Assembly (NCBI GenBank): GCA_030265395.1
Contig: JARFYF010000063.1
Span: 21,979,172 to 22,043,171 of the forward strand
DNA: 64,000 nucleotides
Direction of reading: 5' to 3'
From: Rhina ancylostomus
Lineage: Eukaryota
This document shows positions 23,730-37,700 of the stretch, in pieces. The notes under the pieces were generated by a model. It did not search any database and was not told the origin of the DNA. It saw only the letters and a program-made list of their open reading frames with translations. The position numbers and the translations under genes were made by a program. Every line of letters begins with the position of its first letter. The stretch's first letter is position 1.

Positions 23730-26119
23730 AAGATTGAAAATGTATTTTGATATTTTTTTCAAGCCCAATGTGTCTTATTCATTACTATGCTACTTCCTCC
23801 TTATTAAAACTGTCACCTACACTCAAATTTTCTTGATCATTTCTCAAAAACAAATTACAGCTTACTCAAAGCTTCACTGTCTATATTCTATCCAATGTTA
23901 AGTCAACCTTATTTAGTGTCCTTGATGTCATTAATCTTAACCCCACATATACATTTGGCTGGAGTTTACTCTGGAGGGAAATTTTGGTTGTAAATGCTGT
24001 TGTGAATTCAGGAAATCTGTAATAGGGAATTTAGTTGTTCTAGTTGATCATCATGATGCCATAACCAGTGGTAGTTGAGGACCCTAACTGCAGGGAATGG
24101 GTTCTGATTGATCAGGGAGGCAATCCACAAGCTTATTGTAAGGAGGCATTTCTGAATGCAGGGGTGAGATCTGTTATAGTCAGGGCTGCCTGGTAATAAT
24201 CAGGTGTGGAGTTTGGTAATGGGCAGGAAAATCCCTGTTGTTGGGAGTGACCCCAGTGCAGCTTCCTGCTTTTGGTCATGTGCGGCACAAAGGGTCTGTC
24301 AATGATCAGTGGGAGACAGGGCCAATCACATGGATTTACTAAGCCCTGAGTAGCTTTTTGGGTTGCTCGTTCTTCATAATGGCTGCAGTGGATTTAGACT
24401 CTCAAGCAGCTGCCAAGCCTGGAAAACTCTGGTTTAGGACATTAAATATACACTCAAGGTTAAAATGAAGGCAAGCAACATGTTATAATATTTAAAAGTC
24501 CAAACCCACTGTTGTAAGCAGATTATTCACTTTGACCTTTATTCCTCTTCCCATCACAGGTTTGTGGTGGCTTTGCTTCCTTTTGCAGATTTGTTGAAAT
24601 TCAGATTTGTTTTACAGATTTGTTGAAATTTTCTGAATTAAAACTCAGCCCGTTGTCTTCAACATCCCGGTATCATTTACAAATCCCCTCATGTGCAACT
24701 TCCATTCTAAGTCCCAATTCGGACTTCTTTGGAGAGGACCCCAGTGCTCCCCTCTCTATCCCTGTGACACACCAGTACTGGCGGACCATTCAGTCATTGT
24801 AGACCTGCTTTGTAGAATTCTCTGCAACTCTCCTACTATTCTGCATCTCTCTCTTGGTTCAAATGTCTCTTCCACAACCTTCATTCATCGGATCTTTAAT
24901 CACCTTACCCTTTCCAAATTCAGTTTCAGTCTTATTTTCTATGCCTCTGTCTAAAACCAAGAACACTTCCAGGCAGGCAATATAAAAATACAAATGGTAC
25001 AAATAAATAGATGGAATTAATTCTAATTACATCTTGTACACTGAATTTACTGATAGCAGAGGGTTATATTACCATCTCAGTGAATTAATGGGATCTTCGG
25101 TACATGGGTTTGAAATTTTTGTTCATGTTTAGTAATCTGTATTCTGCTGGATAAGTAAAAAGTCAGTACAACTAAAACACAGAACTAAGTGGTGCTTTAA
25201 TTCTGACTTTTTGAGTAATCAGAAAAATTAGTTATCCACTGTGAATGCTGTTTCGATGCTGATTATAATGTATGGTTTAGACCTGGAGTTACATAAACTA
25301 AAAGATATCACTCCCTAAACCATTCCTTGCTCAATAAAGAAGAACATTGTACTGTAGCCAATGCTTTGCCTCATGCCCTTCAGGATAAATGGAGACTTTA
25401 CATTAGTAATATTGATAATTCTTTGAATTGTACTCTCATCCATTCTTAGGAAACCAGGAAGCTTGTATAATTTCAAAATAAATGTAGCAAGGCACGAACA
25501 GTCCGAATTAAATTCAGCAACATCATAAATATATCTGTTAAGGTAGCTGGAGATCATTTAAAAAAACATTGTAATGATAAATTCATCTTATTGCCAATTA
25601 GATTAGGAGTAAGAGACACAGGGCACTTTGTGCTTAGAGGAAGAAGAAAATTGGCTTTCAGTTATCATGTATTTCTATTTCAACTTTATTGTACGGAAAA
25701 TCTAAATGAATGGACGAGGAGAAAATGTTCATCTGGCTGTTNNNNNNNNNNNNNNNNNNNNNNNNNNNNNNNNNNNNNNNNNNNNNNNNNTATGAAGACT
25801 GTCTAATTATAATATTTAATCTTCAACTGTCCACAACCCCAATTTGCAATGTGAATTGGGCAGCACTGGATTGGAAACTTAGAAACCAATTTTATGTCAA
25901 TTCCATCCCTGAGGCCTACCCAAAGTAATTAATCAGCAAGCCTCAGTTTAGATGGTCAATGCTCTTCCCTAAGACCAGCATCTGTAAATAAAACATACAA
26001 TTCTGGGTCCTCGCACAAGTCCCCAGTATAATTTTGGTCTTGTACAGAATGGAGTTCACTGCAGGCAAACAGTGAACTCAGTTTGTGAAAAGGCTTGAAA
26101 ATTAATGGTAAAATATTGT

Positions 26120-26280
26120 TGATGTGGCAAATCTGAAATAAACACAGAAAATACTGGAAATATTCAGCAGGTCAGGAGGTGTGTGTTCTAGTGAAAGGTC
26201 GTTGATAGAAACCTTATTTGTATCTCCTTCTCTGCAAATATTGCTTGCTGATTATTCCCAGCATTTCTGTTTCATTTCAA
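26120..26280. mobile_element. Inverted pair of PLE terminal repeats, degenerate
   Basis: tgaaataaacacagaaaatactggaaatattcagc versus gctgattattccccagcatttctgtttcatttca. Confidence 0.65.
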
Positions 26281-27729
26281 TGAAAATAATAGCTTATTAC
26301 CTTAAAATGATAGCTACTTTCTTATTGTAATTGTTACAATAGGGAGTCTGTTTAGATACTTGTCCAGATACAATGGCTTCAATCTAAATATTTTACTTTT
26401 ATGGAGCAGAATTACACTGTCTTATACTGCTTATACTTTGATCAAAGGTTTTCCAATCATGGTCAGGTTCTGCTGCCTTTGGCACATAACCTTCTTCAAT
26501 TTCACCAATGTGGATCATTTACTTTTGGTTTGGTTGTTTTGGGATGGCCTCCATTTATTGTCCATCCCAATTGGGATGGACAATAAATGGGGGCCAACCC
26601 AAAAAACCTTTTGATCCTGCACCACACCTCTCTAAGTTGACAGTTTTTTGAAGTGTTACGTGAGGAGTTCCAAGGTGTAACTAAGTGAAGGCACAACAAT
26701 ATACTTCCAAGTCTGGATTGTGTATGACTTGCAAGGGAACGGAGATAGCAATGTTCCAATGCACCTGTTGCCCTGGTTTGCCCAGAGGGTAGAAGTTGCT
26801 GTTTGGAAGATGCTGTCAAAGAATCTTTGGTGAATTAAAACCAGATGTGGTGATGTTTGAGTTGAGACATTAAACTTTTCCTTATCTAGTAGAGTGAGAG
26901 TGCAAACTGAGCTGTGGCCTTAGACTTCTCTATTATTTTTAATGGATTCAAAGAAGAAATACAGAGAGCGCAGTGTGTATTAGTCAGAAGAACAAAACTC
27001 CACAACTTCACTGTCTCACCTCTCTGAAAACCCTTAGATGTGGTGGGTGAAAGAACCATCTTCCAGTAGCCAAAACATTTAGCTTTCTGTATTAACAAAT
27101 GAGATTTTCAACTGACTCAGATAGATTGTGTTTGTTACAGCTTAATTTTATTACATTTTTCAGCTCTCATCAAAGCTCTACAATTTCTACCATGCCTTTT
27201 ACAGGTGAGAGAGATGATGCCAAGTTCCTTGGTTGCAACCTTAATTAAATTCTGGCACTCCCAGTGCAAAGAACTGGTTGCCCTTCAGCACTTGGAAAAG
27301 CAACAGTTCTATGACACTGTTTACCGTGGGCAGCCTGATAACCACAGAGTTAACAGACTGGTACCCACAGTGTTGTCGTAAGGCTGAGCTACATTTATGG
27401 CAAAACACCACTGACACTGTGAAGATTTCCACACACTTAGTTTTCAAACAGCCTTCACTTAAGACCACTCGGGGATGTGGAATAAATATCCATTTTGCTC
27501 CACTATGCACAAAGTGGCACCTCTAAGAGGAATACCTTTGATGTATTACTGGGGGAAATTGGATTTCCTAGGTTTGTTTGGGTGCAAGTTGGTCTATAAT
27601 GTCAGGCAAGTCTCTGCTGAATGTTAAAGAGAAAAGCAAAGAACTTCAAAAATTATTTGTGGTAATTTAGACCATAATAGACTAGCTTCATTGCTTTAAC
27701 ACACAGAGCTAGCATTAATTCAATAGCAA

Positions 27730-27895
27730 AATACTACAAATTCTGGAGACCAGAAATAAAACAGAGCTGCTTGAAATAAGCTAGTCAGAGATCAACTGTA
27801 GAGACAGAGAGAGAAAGGGATGGAAGGATGGAAGAAGAGAGGGAGAGAGAGAAAGAGAGGGAGGGAGAGAGAGCTAATGTTTCAGGTTACTGACC
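27730..27895 (-). mobile_element. PLE terminal repeat with an internal purine-rich microsatellite expansion
   Basis: cagaaataaaacagagctgcttgaa...(GA-rich 27800-27872)...gctaatgtttcaggt. Confidence 0.5.
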
Positions 27896-29233
27896 ATTAA
27901 TATTATTTTGGGGTTAACTGACACTAAAGTTTTACATATTAACAACTTGAAAGCATCAACAAGAGAATATATGGATTATTTTATAATTAGTTGCCAGCTC
28001 CTTTCATATTAAGGATCCATAATTGTAATATTAATGCTGTTTAGAGGATTATCTGAGACAAAGCAGACCAGATCAGACTTGAACAATTTGAACAATTCAA
28101 TTCAGTAAGTCTCATATTGTTGAATATATGGATGAGGAGGAGCCCTACAAGCTGCAGAGAAAAAACAGCTAGGTCCCAGTCGACAAGAAGGAACCACACG
28201 AACCAAAATTTTCAGAGAGAATCTGCTTGCCACCAGTAGCAAAGCCACCTTCTCCTCATTAAGTACATTTTTGAGGAAGCTATATGTGGATCGTGCGATC
28301 TTCTGGTTTTGGGCTTGCAAATGTACAACCAAAGCACAACATCATGCCTCATGACAAGTATCAGTAAACTGAATTTTCTTAGCATTTAGTTTTCAAGCTA
28401 AGCACACACATGGCAAAAGTCAGTTTGAAGACTATAACCAAGAAATGAATGCCTGTAATGTAAAGGAACATGGTGTTATAATTGGTTCTTGCATGTAGTG
28501 TCTGCAGTACAGGCTAATTCTATCCTCTGTGGGTAAAGATACCAATAACTAAATCCAAAACCGTGAAATCACTTAAGTTCTTCACCAGTTAATGAAAATC
28601 TGAATAGTTGACAACCACCACCAAATAATTATTCAAATGAACAATTTGGACAGCACCTTTGCTCCCAGAAACATATAGGAATCACCAATACCTTAAGTGA
28701 TCCAGTAGAAAAGACAAATTGAATGGTTGGCTGTTCAAAAATGAGGGTTAATCTCTCAAAGCATGGTTCATGGCACTGCTAAGAAATCTCCATGTTGCAC
28801 AGCAAAAAAACATACAATGGAAAACATTATAGAAACAAAAATATCATTGAGCAAACATCTGATATGCTGAAACAATGCTTGAGCTGTTTAGATCTCTGTG
28901 GGAGTGTTCTAAAGTATGCCTCGAGAGAGCTGGCAGAATGGTGGTGGTGTGCTAGATGCTGCACAATATAGCCATTAAAAAGTATTTATTTCCTATACTC
29001 TCCATCTTTCAATTCTAATAAATGGCTACACCCAGGTGCTAGCATTTTGTTCCTCTTTAAAGATTCTAATACATTTGCTGGTAATTCCAGTATTTGTTGG
29101 TTGTTTCTTTTCATTCCTCAACAGTACTATTTATACCAAGACCATTAATTTTGAAATTATTTTTTGACAATAAGGCAATATGATATGTCAGGCTTTTATT
29201 GAAAATCATAGTGCAATTGTTGTATGCATTAAA

Positions 29234-29670
29234 GGAAAGTTTGTATTTCTATAAACCTTTACAATCTAATAAGTTTGTTTTACTGCACTTTGAAATGCAG
29301 TCACTCTTGTAATATGGAAAAAGTGGCAGCTGATTTGTGCACATCAAGTTCTCACTTGCAGCAATGTGATAATGACCAGGTAATCTGTTTGTGTGATGTT
29401 GATTGAGAAATCAGTGTTGGCCAGAATACCAGAGATAACTTGCCTGCTCTTCTTCAACATATTTCTGCAGTGCCTTTTATAACTACCTGAGAGGGCAGAT
29501 GTGGCTTTGTTTAACATCTCATTCAAGAAGTGGTACCTCTAAGAGTGTAGGACCCCGTTAGCCCTGCAATTAAGTGTTATCTTAGATTTCTGTACTCGAT
29601 ACCCTGGAGCGTGACTTGAATCCTTCTCTTTCTGACTCATGGACGAGATTGCTATCATGGCTCACACTGA
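29234..29670 (-). mobile_element. Near full-length Deu-domain SINE (SacSINE1/AmnSINE-like)
   Basis: Read on the plus strand: tail ttgtatttctata, Deu body (cagcaatgtgataatgaccaggtaatctg; acctgagagggcagat), head (gacttgaatcc...ttctgactca). Confidence 0.8.
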
Positions 29671-31699
29671 GGAGACTCAATGCATGTCCCTCTGTGGAAC
29701 TTATTTTGACTCCATTTCTCTTACACACCACCCTATTAGATGTGCAAAGGCTCCCTGAGAGGTTTACTGCATGTGGGTTTGTGAATCAGCTTGTCATTAC
29801 TTCTGCGTGCAGCAAATCCAGATGATCTTGTTTATCTGCCAGGAACAGCCTGTCCCATCCTACCCAAGGGAACCTACATACATGCAGTGGCTTTTCCGGT
29901 TAGTTGCTGAGAGCCACTGGCAAGGGAATGGCAGTAAGTTGAGAAGCTGGTTCAGCATTTTTAGCCATCAATTTCTGGCTAGGAATCATACTGCAGAGGC
30001 AATCCCCTGGTGTCCTGCATATACTGTGACTTTGTGCTGGAAGGTGACACTAATCATTAAATGCATATATGACAAATGTAAGTGTTTTCAAAATGCATGT
30101 CACATCATTAGTATTAAAGCAACTGCAAAGCTGGAGCTCTTGCAATAGTCAACAGTGCACACAAAAGTTAATGTATTGACTTCATGCCAGCTTTCCATCT
30201 AAAGCAGAAAACCAAAGTTAACATATAAAGTTGGCAATCTTTTTGCCCTGCTGCTGGATTTATAAGCTTTGCCCTGAATAAACAAGGTTATTGCTGCTGG
30301 AATATGATTTAAGGTCACTTACAATCCTGTTTACACTGGCATTCCAGTGAATGCCACCTTGATCTGGGTCCTGGGAAGGGTGGCTTAAGTGCCTGTCTGG
30401 TTCAAGCTCAGAGTACACTTGTAAAATACAAATTAGCAAGCCTAGAGGATAATAATTGCAATCTTTCATGAAGCCCACTTAAAAAAAAAGATTGAGAAGA
30501 ATTTTAACTGGTGTCTTTGTAAGTCAAGGAAAACAGTGGTGCCCTGCCAGGTACCATTGTCCTCAACCCACTACTAACTTATGCAAGGCCCACCCAGGTA
30601 TCAATCTCTCCAGCTGGCTCCACTTAGGAGTGAGACAATTCCACCCACCACACCCTCCCCCTCCCCTAACCCACCGACAACTCAATACCCCAAGGTCAAT
30701 GGTTTTGATTTGGCTGATGGAGTTTGCCAGCTGCATGCAGAAGAGGCCTGGTCCTCAATATGGCTTGAAATGACTTGCCTACAGAAAGCTGTAATTTTCG
30801 GCTACATGTGTGAATCATTATAATCAGCCTTCAGTGCTTTTCAACTGNNNNNNNNNNNCCTTTCCTTATTTTTCTGATTCTTCTCTCCTGATTCTGCTCT
30901 GCTAGAACTCAAATTCATAATGCATGCATTTAACACAAGGTATCCATAAACTCACCTGAATTCTAAAATATAGCATCTGTGCCCACTTACATATGTGCCA
31001 AAGTTCATAAATGAAGCTTACATTTAGGACTTATTCATCCTTAAAAGCAAATTGAGTAAACTTACAACAACTGGTACATTCACCAAAAGCTGACTCTGAG
31101 AAAACTGCAGCATAACACTTGTGAGATGGTGCTCTGTTCACCTATTCATAAGATCAAAGACAGCACAATAGCGTTGTCAGGGGTGTAAGGGTTGGGATCC
31201 CTCTGGAGGATTGGTGGAAGAGAACCAAGCTTTTCNNNNNNNNNNGACCATAAGTGTCTATTAATTTCCAATGCTCAGTTTCAGAAGATCTAATGAGGTT
31301 GTCTTAATCTCAGGCAAAGCTCCATTAAGCAGGATCCTTGATAAAATTAATTTCCATCAACATCTCTTACTTCATTCAGACAAAATGGGCATCTTCACAC
31401 TCTAGGGACTGATTGAACAGCTTTCTGAAAAGCGGCTTTATGGTTTGAGACAAAAAATGTTTTAGTTTAAAACTATATTTTGTTACATCTTACTTGTTTG
31501 CTTTTGCTGGATATTCTGGTATCTAATGCATTTCTTTGTATTTCCAAAACTTTCCCCTTTTATCTTTTTATCTAGTAGGTGGAAATTCTATGATTTAGAT
31601 AAAAGGGCCAGCAATGACATCTGGTCAGTTTTCTAGCATATTACCCTTGTCCAAGCTCTCATTGAGGCCAATGTCAGAGGAGACTAGTGTTCACCACTT

Positions 31700-32145
31700 C
31701 CTCAAAAGGCTGGCTCCTATAGAATTGTATCATCTGCTGCGTGCATTTAACATCTGGAACAGAAACATTTCTTTCCGTTACCACAGCTTGAAGCTTTCAC
31801 GTTCCTAGTTTGTTCCAAGATACCTCAGGGAAGATCTACTGTCTCAGGCACTCTGCAGTTTGTATCCAGAAAGTGTCAAAAGGCAATGCAAGGGGACTAC
31901 CTTCATCACTGTACCCCAACAGGTTCCCTTCTAAGTCACATGCTGTCCTGACTTGGAAATATATCACAGTTCCTTCATTGTTTCTGGGTCTAAATAATCC
32001 TGGAATTCCCTACCCAACAACACAATGGAAGTTCCTTCACATAAGAGATTGCAGAGGTTCAAGATGATAGTTCACCAATACTTTCTCTGGGGCAACTGGG
32101 GATGGACAATAAATTCTGGCCTTGTTAGAAATGCCCACAGAGCAA
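31700..32145 (+). mobile_element. LINE 3' end (CR1/L2-superclade-like, family unassigned)
   Basis: SWNSLPNN motif (tcctggaattccctacccaac) and tail gggcaactggggatggacaataaattctggcc; related reverse copies near 26690-26830, 54530-54710 and 55940-56260. Confidence 0.65.
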
Positions 32146-32439
32146 AAATGCATAAATATAATCTTTTGTCATGAAAAGAAAGCATCAGCAAAGGAGGGCA
32201 CAAAGTTTTCTGAATAGCAAATCATCCGCAAGGCTAATGCCATATTTATTTTTGCATCTGAGCTGTTACCCTGCCTGCAAATAAATGCATATTCCAGCTT
32301 TCCCACAATAAATGGGCAATGCTATTTTACATGGTACATCCCAGAAAGATCTGGCTGCATTCCCAGTTTGCATTTGTATTGATAGGTCTATATAGATGAA
32401 CATGTAGCAAAGATTGCCTTGTCCAGCTCTGTTACATCA

Positions 32440-33024
32440 TTGCCAATGCTTTAGCCTCCCTTCCACTGAATCCTCATCCATGCCTCCGTCATAGCCAGAG
32501 CTGTTTACTTCAATGCTCTTCTGGCCAGCCTCCCATCTTCCAACTTCCACAGACCTCAGCTAATCTAAACCCTGTTGTCTGTATTATTTCCAAAACATGT
32601 CCTATTTGCATTTCAGCCCAATCCTTTATGATCTACATTGACTACATACACAAGTGGAAAATTTCTTATCCTTGTCTTGAAATCTAGCACTGTCCCCCAT
32701 CCTCTGTGCCTTCTCTTTCAATAACACAATCCTTCCCATCCCAACTCTAGCCTCCCACACTGCTTCCCTTTTCGCTTATTACCAGAATCCAAACCTTCAA
32801 CTGTTGAAGCACTGCACTCTAGATTTTCATCCCAAGTCCTTATAACTCTCCATTTCCCCCTCATTCTTTAAGATTCTCCTTAAAAATGTATCCTGTTGAT
32901 CAAGCTTTCAGTTGCCACCCTAACATCCCTGTTCAGTTTGGCATCCAATTGTACCCTTACATCTTTGTGATCCACCCATGAACGACCATTTGCCGCATCA
33001 CTGGCTCTATATAATTGTTGTTGT
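32440..33024 (+). mobile_element. L2 LINE 3' fragment
   Basis: ILIHASVIARAVYFNALLASLPSS resembles L2 LIHAFVTSRLDYSNALLAGLP; tail ctatataattgttgttgt. Confidence 0.75.
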
Positions 33025-36000
33025 AAAAATTCCAGGTCTGCCACAATGTGGTGCAACTTGCTGAATGGTCCATGCAACACTGGTTTTCCCTTTTTAACTA
33101 CAGCTTTAAGTGCAGACAAAACCATAATGTACAGGTCATAAAAATTCACACAGCTGCACACATACAAACAGCGCACCAGAGGTAACAATTTGCATTTATA
33201 TAGCACTCGACACATAAAAAAATGTCTCAGAACACTTTACAAGAGAGTCTGAGCTGGAAAAGGAGTCCAAACAGAGATTTCAGATGTTTATTTATTTCAG
33301 AATTGTCAGCTGACAGAGGGGAACAAATAAAAAATGCTGTGCTTAGTGTGAGCAAAGGAGTAAAATGAATCAGGAGTATGAAGTATTTAAATTTTGGGTA
33401 TCACTTATATCTCTACCTTGCCAACATGGCATCTGACAAAAATAATGAAATAATTGAACAAAAATTTTAAAGTACAGTCAAGGCTAAACCTGGTGGAGAA
33501 ATGACAGGTTACTTCTTGCCTAATAACTTTTAAATAGCAGTTTTTCTTATATGTCTAGTAAATATTAAATATATATGCATTCTGTTTGAGGACATATCTT
33601 GAGGTACTTTGTTTTCACTGTCAAAGATCTGTAAAGTGTGTTAGCTACCAGATGCTAACAGGCAGAAAATGATGTGCATTGTATTCATCTGGAGCTTTGT
33701 AGAAGTTAGCACACTCATAAATTGTCAAGAGACAGGAAATAGCTCTTATTTTTCTCAAAGAGAACTTGAAACTTTTCCTCCCTTCCTGCACTTGCTTGCT
33801 AATAGCACGAATAAAACTTTTAATTAGTGAAGATCTTTGAAAAGCTCAGCCTCAATGACAAACGATTTAAACGATCCCTTTATTCAGTAGCTGACAGGGA
33901 CAGAATTTAAAGGCAGCTTTATTACCAAAGAAGCTTGGGGCAACTTGAAGGTGAGAAAGCTAACCCTCCCTTGGGCTGCCCCGCTTCTCTCTCTGAAGAG
34001 GTGGGGACTGCAATTATCCTTTGGCATTTGGTGATAAACTGGCAAGAATGAACATATCATTTACTTTGCGTGACAACAGAAGAGTTACCCTCTTTGAGAC
34101 CCATAGTCACTGAAACCATATTGCTACAGGCAAACAGTGAAGGATTAATTCTGCCACGATTATATACCCATGGAGAGTGCAGGAGAGGTGAGAAAATCTC
34201 TCCACAAGAACTTAGCTGCAGAGGATTAAACGGTCTCTCCCACTTTTTGACCTCAGGGACTTGCCCCATTGGAAATATCAAGAATGGAGAAGGACAGGAT
34301 TCCATTAACTTCAAAAGTAATTAAAAGAATAAACTGGAACCCTGAAATATTTATTTTAAGTTGGTTATCATACCATTAAGACAGCCCCGTGTGATTTGAA
34401 ACAACTTTTCATTTCAGTATTCTTAGGTTGATTCTTGTAGTATAATTTTAGCACTTAAATTATTAGCAGCAATTTGCATTTTGGTTGGCGTTATCGCTTC
34501 ATCCACTACTCCCTGTACTGTGTACAGCATGCAGATACACACAAAATATGGGGCCCTCTATAATAATTTTAACCCAATAGGATGACAGAACATCTGTTAA
34601 AATGTGACTTTGATTGGAAATAGAACAGCATATTCCCTAGCCTCACCATCAATTTGGAAAGCATTTGGTGGAGGGAAGCAGATGGAAGAAGATGGAAGAA
34701 GTGGGCTTATTTACATCATATGAATAGATGATGAAATGAGTCAATCCAACAATTTAAAGTGATAGCAAATTTAATCTTTGCTTCTTTCAGACTTTTCACC
34801 GTACCAAGTTCTATCTCGGGGGTAAATTACAGAATTAATGTTAGTAATATATGCAGTGGTAGTATTTTAATGTTGTGGAGATGTAACCAGTGATGTTTCA
34901 AACTCAATGAATGCCTGATCCTCAAGAAACACTTGCTCACTTTGTGTGGATTCAACTCCTGTTCTCAGGTGTGGGGGAACAAATGTTCAATCCACTGCCA
35001 AGCTCAAACAATTGGGCCTTGATTGCCTCCTGATTTGTGTTATATTAGGTCTGGTCCAAAGTACTTCCAATAAATCTGCTTCTGTTTGGAACTCCAGAAA
35101 TGGCTCTTACTTCCCCCAGTCATAATTTTATCACTGAACTCACTGGCAAAACAGATGGATAAAAACTTTGATGAAGACCCATGCAGTCATCTCAGCTTGG
35201 TTTCACCCTCACATCAACAAGTGGCAATCTCTTACTGATCATTACCTTCTTTCAGTTTCCACCTCTAAATAAACATAGCAGGCAATGACCCACATTGTGG
35301 GATGACAGATGTTTTCCTTCTGTGGTCTTGCCACCTGTACTCCTGGCTCTTCAATGTATTGTAAGTTGCAAATCCCTATATAAGGAATGTCAAATGATGA
35401 TAATGAGTGCATCAGTGAAGCATCAAAGACAGCAAAACAGGCTGACCTTCAATGTTGATTACATCGACATAGAAAGTAGTCCCCTTACTAGGTCTTGAAG
35501 TTGCCAAACACATTTTAGAGAGACACACAAATTCTTATATAACTGTGTTTATAAATAGTCTGTTTTGGAGAACTGGAGAACTACAGAGCTGTCCAGTTCT
35601 TTAGCAGAACTTGCATCAAAGGAACACCTTGAATTTGAATTAACTGACTGAGTTATCAACTGGCTGGCTGAGTCAATGAAAGGAAGTAAAAAATAGAGTA
35701 ATATATGAACTGCCTCCTAGTGAAAAATAATTAAAATCTGTCCAGTCTTAATGAATAATCAGGTTCTACATCCTAAATCAGTATGACATCCCTTCCAGCT
35801 CTATAATGCAGAGCAACATTCGAATGTAAGCCATATCAGAAAACCTGCCTCTACGAAAGGACTGCATCATTATGAATAACTGAAAAATTTACTATCTGAG
35901 CGTATTGCAATTGATACTCAATACTTCATTGGCCAAGCAGCTGCTCGCTGGGGTCAGTTGACTAGTGTAAATCATCAAGCTTTTCTGTCTGGGTTTGATG

Positions 36001-36737
36001 TCACTTAAATCCTTCCAGATCAATATTTTATGAATTATTTATGTGTTCATTTGCCTCAGTTTAAAGCTTTGAATCAACTATAAGCAGTTAGTATGACATA
36101 AAATGCAAAAAAAACTAAACTATGTCATTTAACTAGGCTGAGAAATAAAACATCAGATCTATGGATTTATGGTATTATTTTTCTAACGCTTATTTCAAAG
36201 CTTGAACATGGATGGTGAAGCTGTCAGAAATATACAGGTTGAGCTCATTGGTTGTAATGGTAGGAGGTGGGGATGGACATTGATCCAATTAAAGTCTAGT
36301 TCAGAGCTGGCATTGAGAGGAGGAGTTAGGAAGAAGCACAGCAGCTTGGAATTTTACCAACACGATGCCTTTTACCTTGCAGTTGGTCAATGGGATGAAT
36401 AGAAGATCTCTCAAAATATGAATACACCCAGTTAAATTAAGAGAATTTCCCATGTCAAGGCAGAAAACATACAACAGTCCGGCTAATTGGAGAGCACATG
36501 GTTTTTACTGGTAAGTACCCTTTTTACAATCATGTTTGTTAAAATCTGATACTGGAAGATATTGTTAGAGTTCTCAACCTTAACTTCAGTATTATTGGAA
36601 AGCTCATTTCTCAATGAGATGTGAGGGTTTACTTCTTTCCAACAAACAAATTAACTGGAAAAGCGATCAATAACATTGATCATCTTTGTCAGTTCAAAAC
36701 CCCTCTAGGACATTCACACCTGTTATTGGTTGACTCT

Positions 36738-37070
36738 TCAGTATAATACCCAGGGAGTGGTATATTGTTTGAGATGCCTGTTGTTTCTCCAAGTTCCATT
36801 GCTCCATCAGTCTCGTCACATGGTTATGACAGATCATATGGTGCTAATTAGAGCAGGGAATTCTTGAATGTTCCTGGCCAATATTCTTCCCTCAAACAGC
36901 TGATTACCTGGTCATTCAATTCAGTCACTGGCAGTAGGACTTGCTGTATGCAAACTAACTGCTTTATTGGACAACTGAACAACAGTGCCTGTACTTCAGA
37001 AGTAATTCATCACAAATAAAGGTGATGAAGATATGACAAGGAGGGATATATCTGTGCAAATTCTTTTTTC
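36738..37070 (+). mobile_element. Deu-domain SINE fragment
   Basis: gagcagggaattct...tcctggccaatattcttccctcaa...gattacctggtcatt...tacttcagaagtaattcat. Confidence 0.65.
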
Positions 37071-37593
37071 TCAGTTGGACTTTGATTCCTTCCCAGATTA
37101 AAGACTTCTAATAAAAATCAAAATGATGGGAACCCAGGATAGGCTAAATATAGGAACAGAAGCAGCTTTTATATAACTGGCTGGATGTCAAAGGAACAAT
37201 CTAAATATACTGCTCTCCCTCATTTGCATTTGAATAGTGCAGACTGTCTCAGTGTAAGTCATCGTGATAGCCTGGATTCCAGCATGTAGTACATAGATAC
37301 ACAGATTGGCCTGTACACAAAGTTCCAACATTATAGTTCTGATGTTTGTGAGAAGGTGGTAAGAGAGAGTGGGGGTGGGGAGTGAGTGGAAAATGGCCAA
37401 AGAACTTAGCATACTACCAATTTTAATGCCAGACAGCCTCATTAACATCCTGTGGTTATGTCTTCTACATGGAAGCAGCCAAAAGGACAGCCTTNNNNNN
37501 NNNNNNNNNNNNNNNNNNNNNNNNNNNNNNNNNNNNNNNNNNNNNNNNNNNNNNNNNNNNNNNNNNNNNNNNNNNNNNNNNNNNNNNNNNNNN

Positions 37594-37700
37594 NTTTAGT
37601 CTTCAGTTTGAAATGTTTTCTCTTTCTACACAGGTTGCCTGACCTGCTGAGTGCTTCCAACATTCTTTTATTTCAGAATTTCAGCTTCTGCAGTTTTTTG
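37594..37700 (+). mobile_element. PLE terminal repeat fragment next to a gap
   Basis: ttgcctgacctgctgagtgcttccaacatt...cagcttctgcag. Confidence 0.7.

Noticed and set aside
28100-28360. RTE 3' end or coding exon
   Set aside because: Resemblance too weak; no clear splice pair
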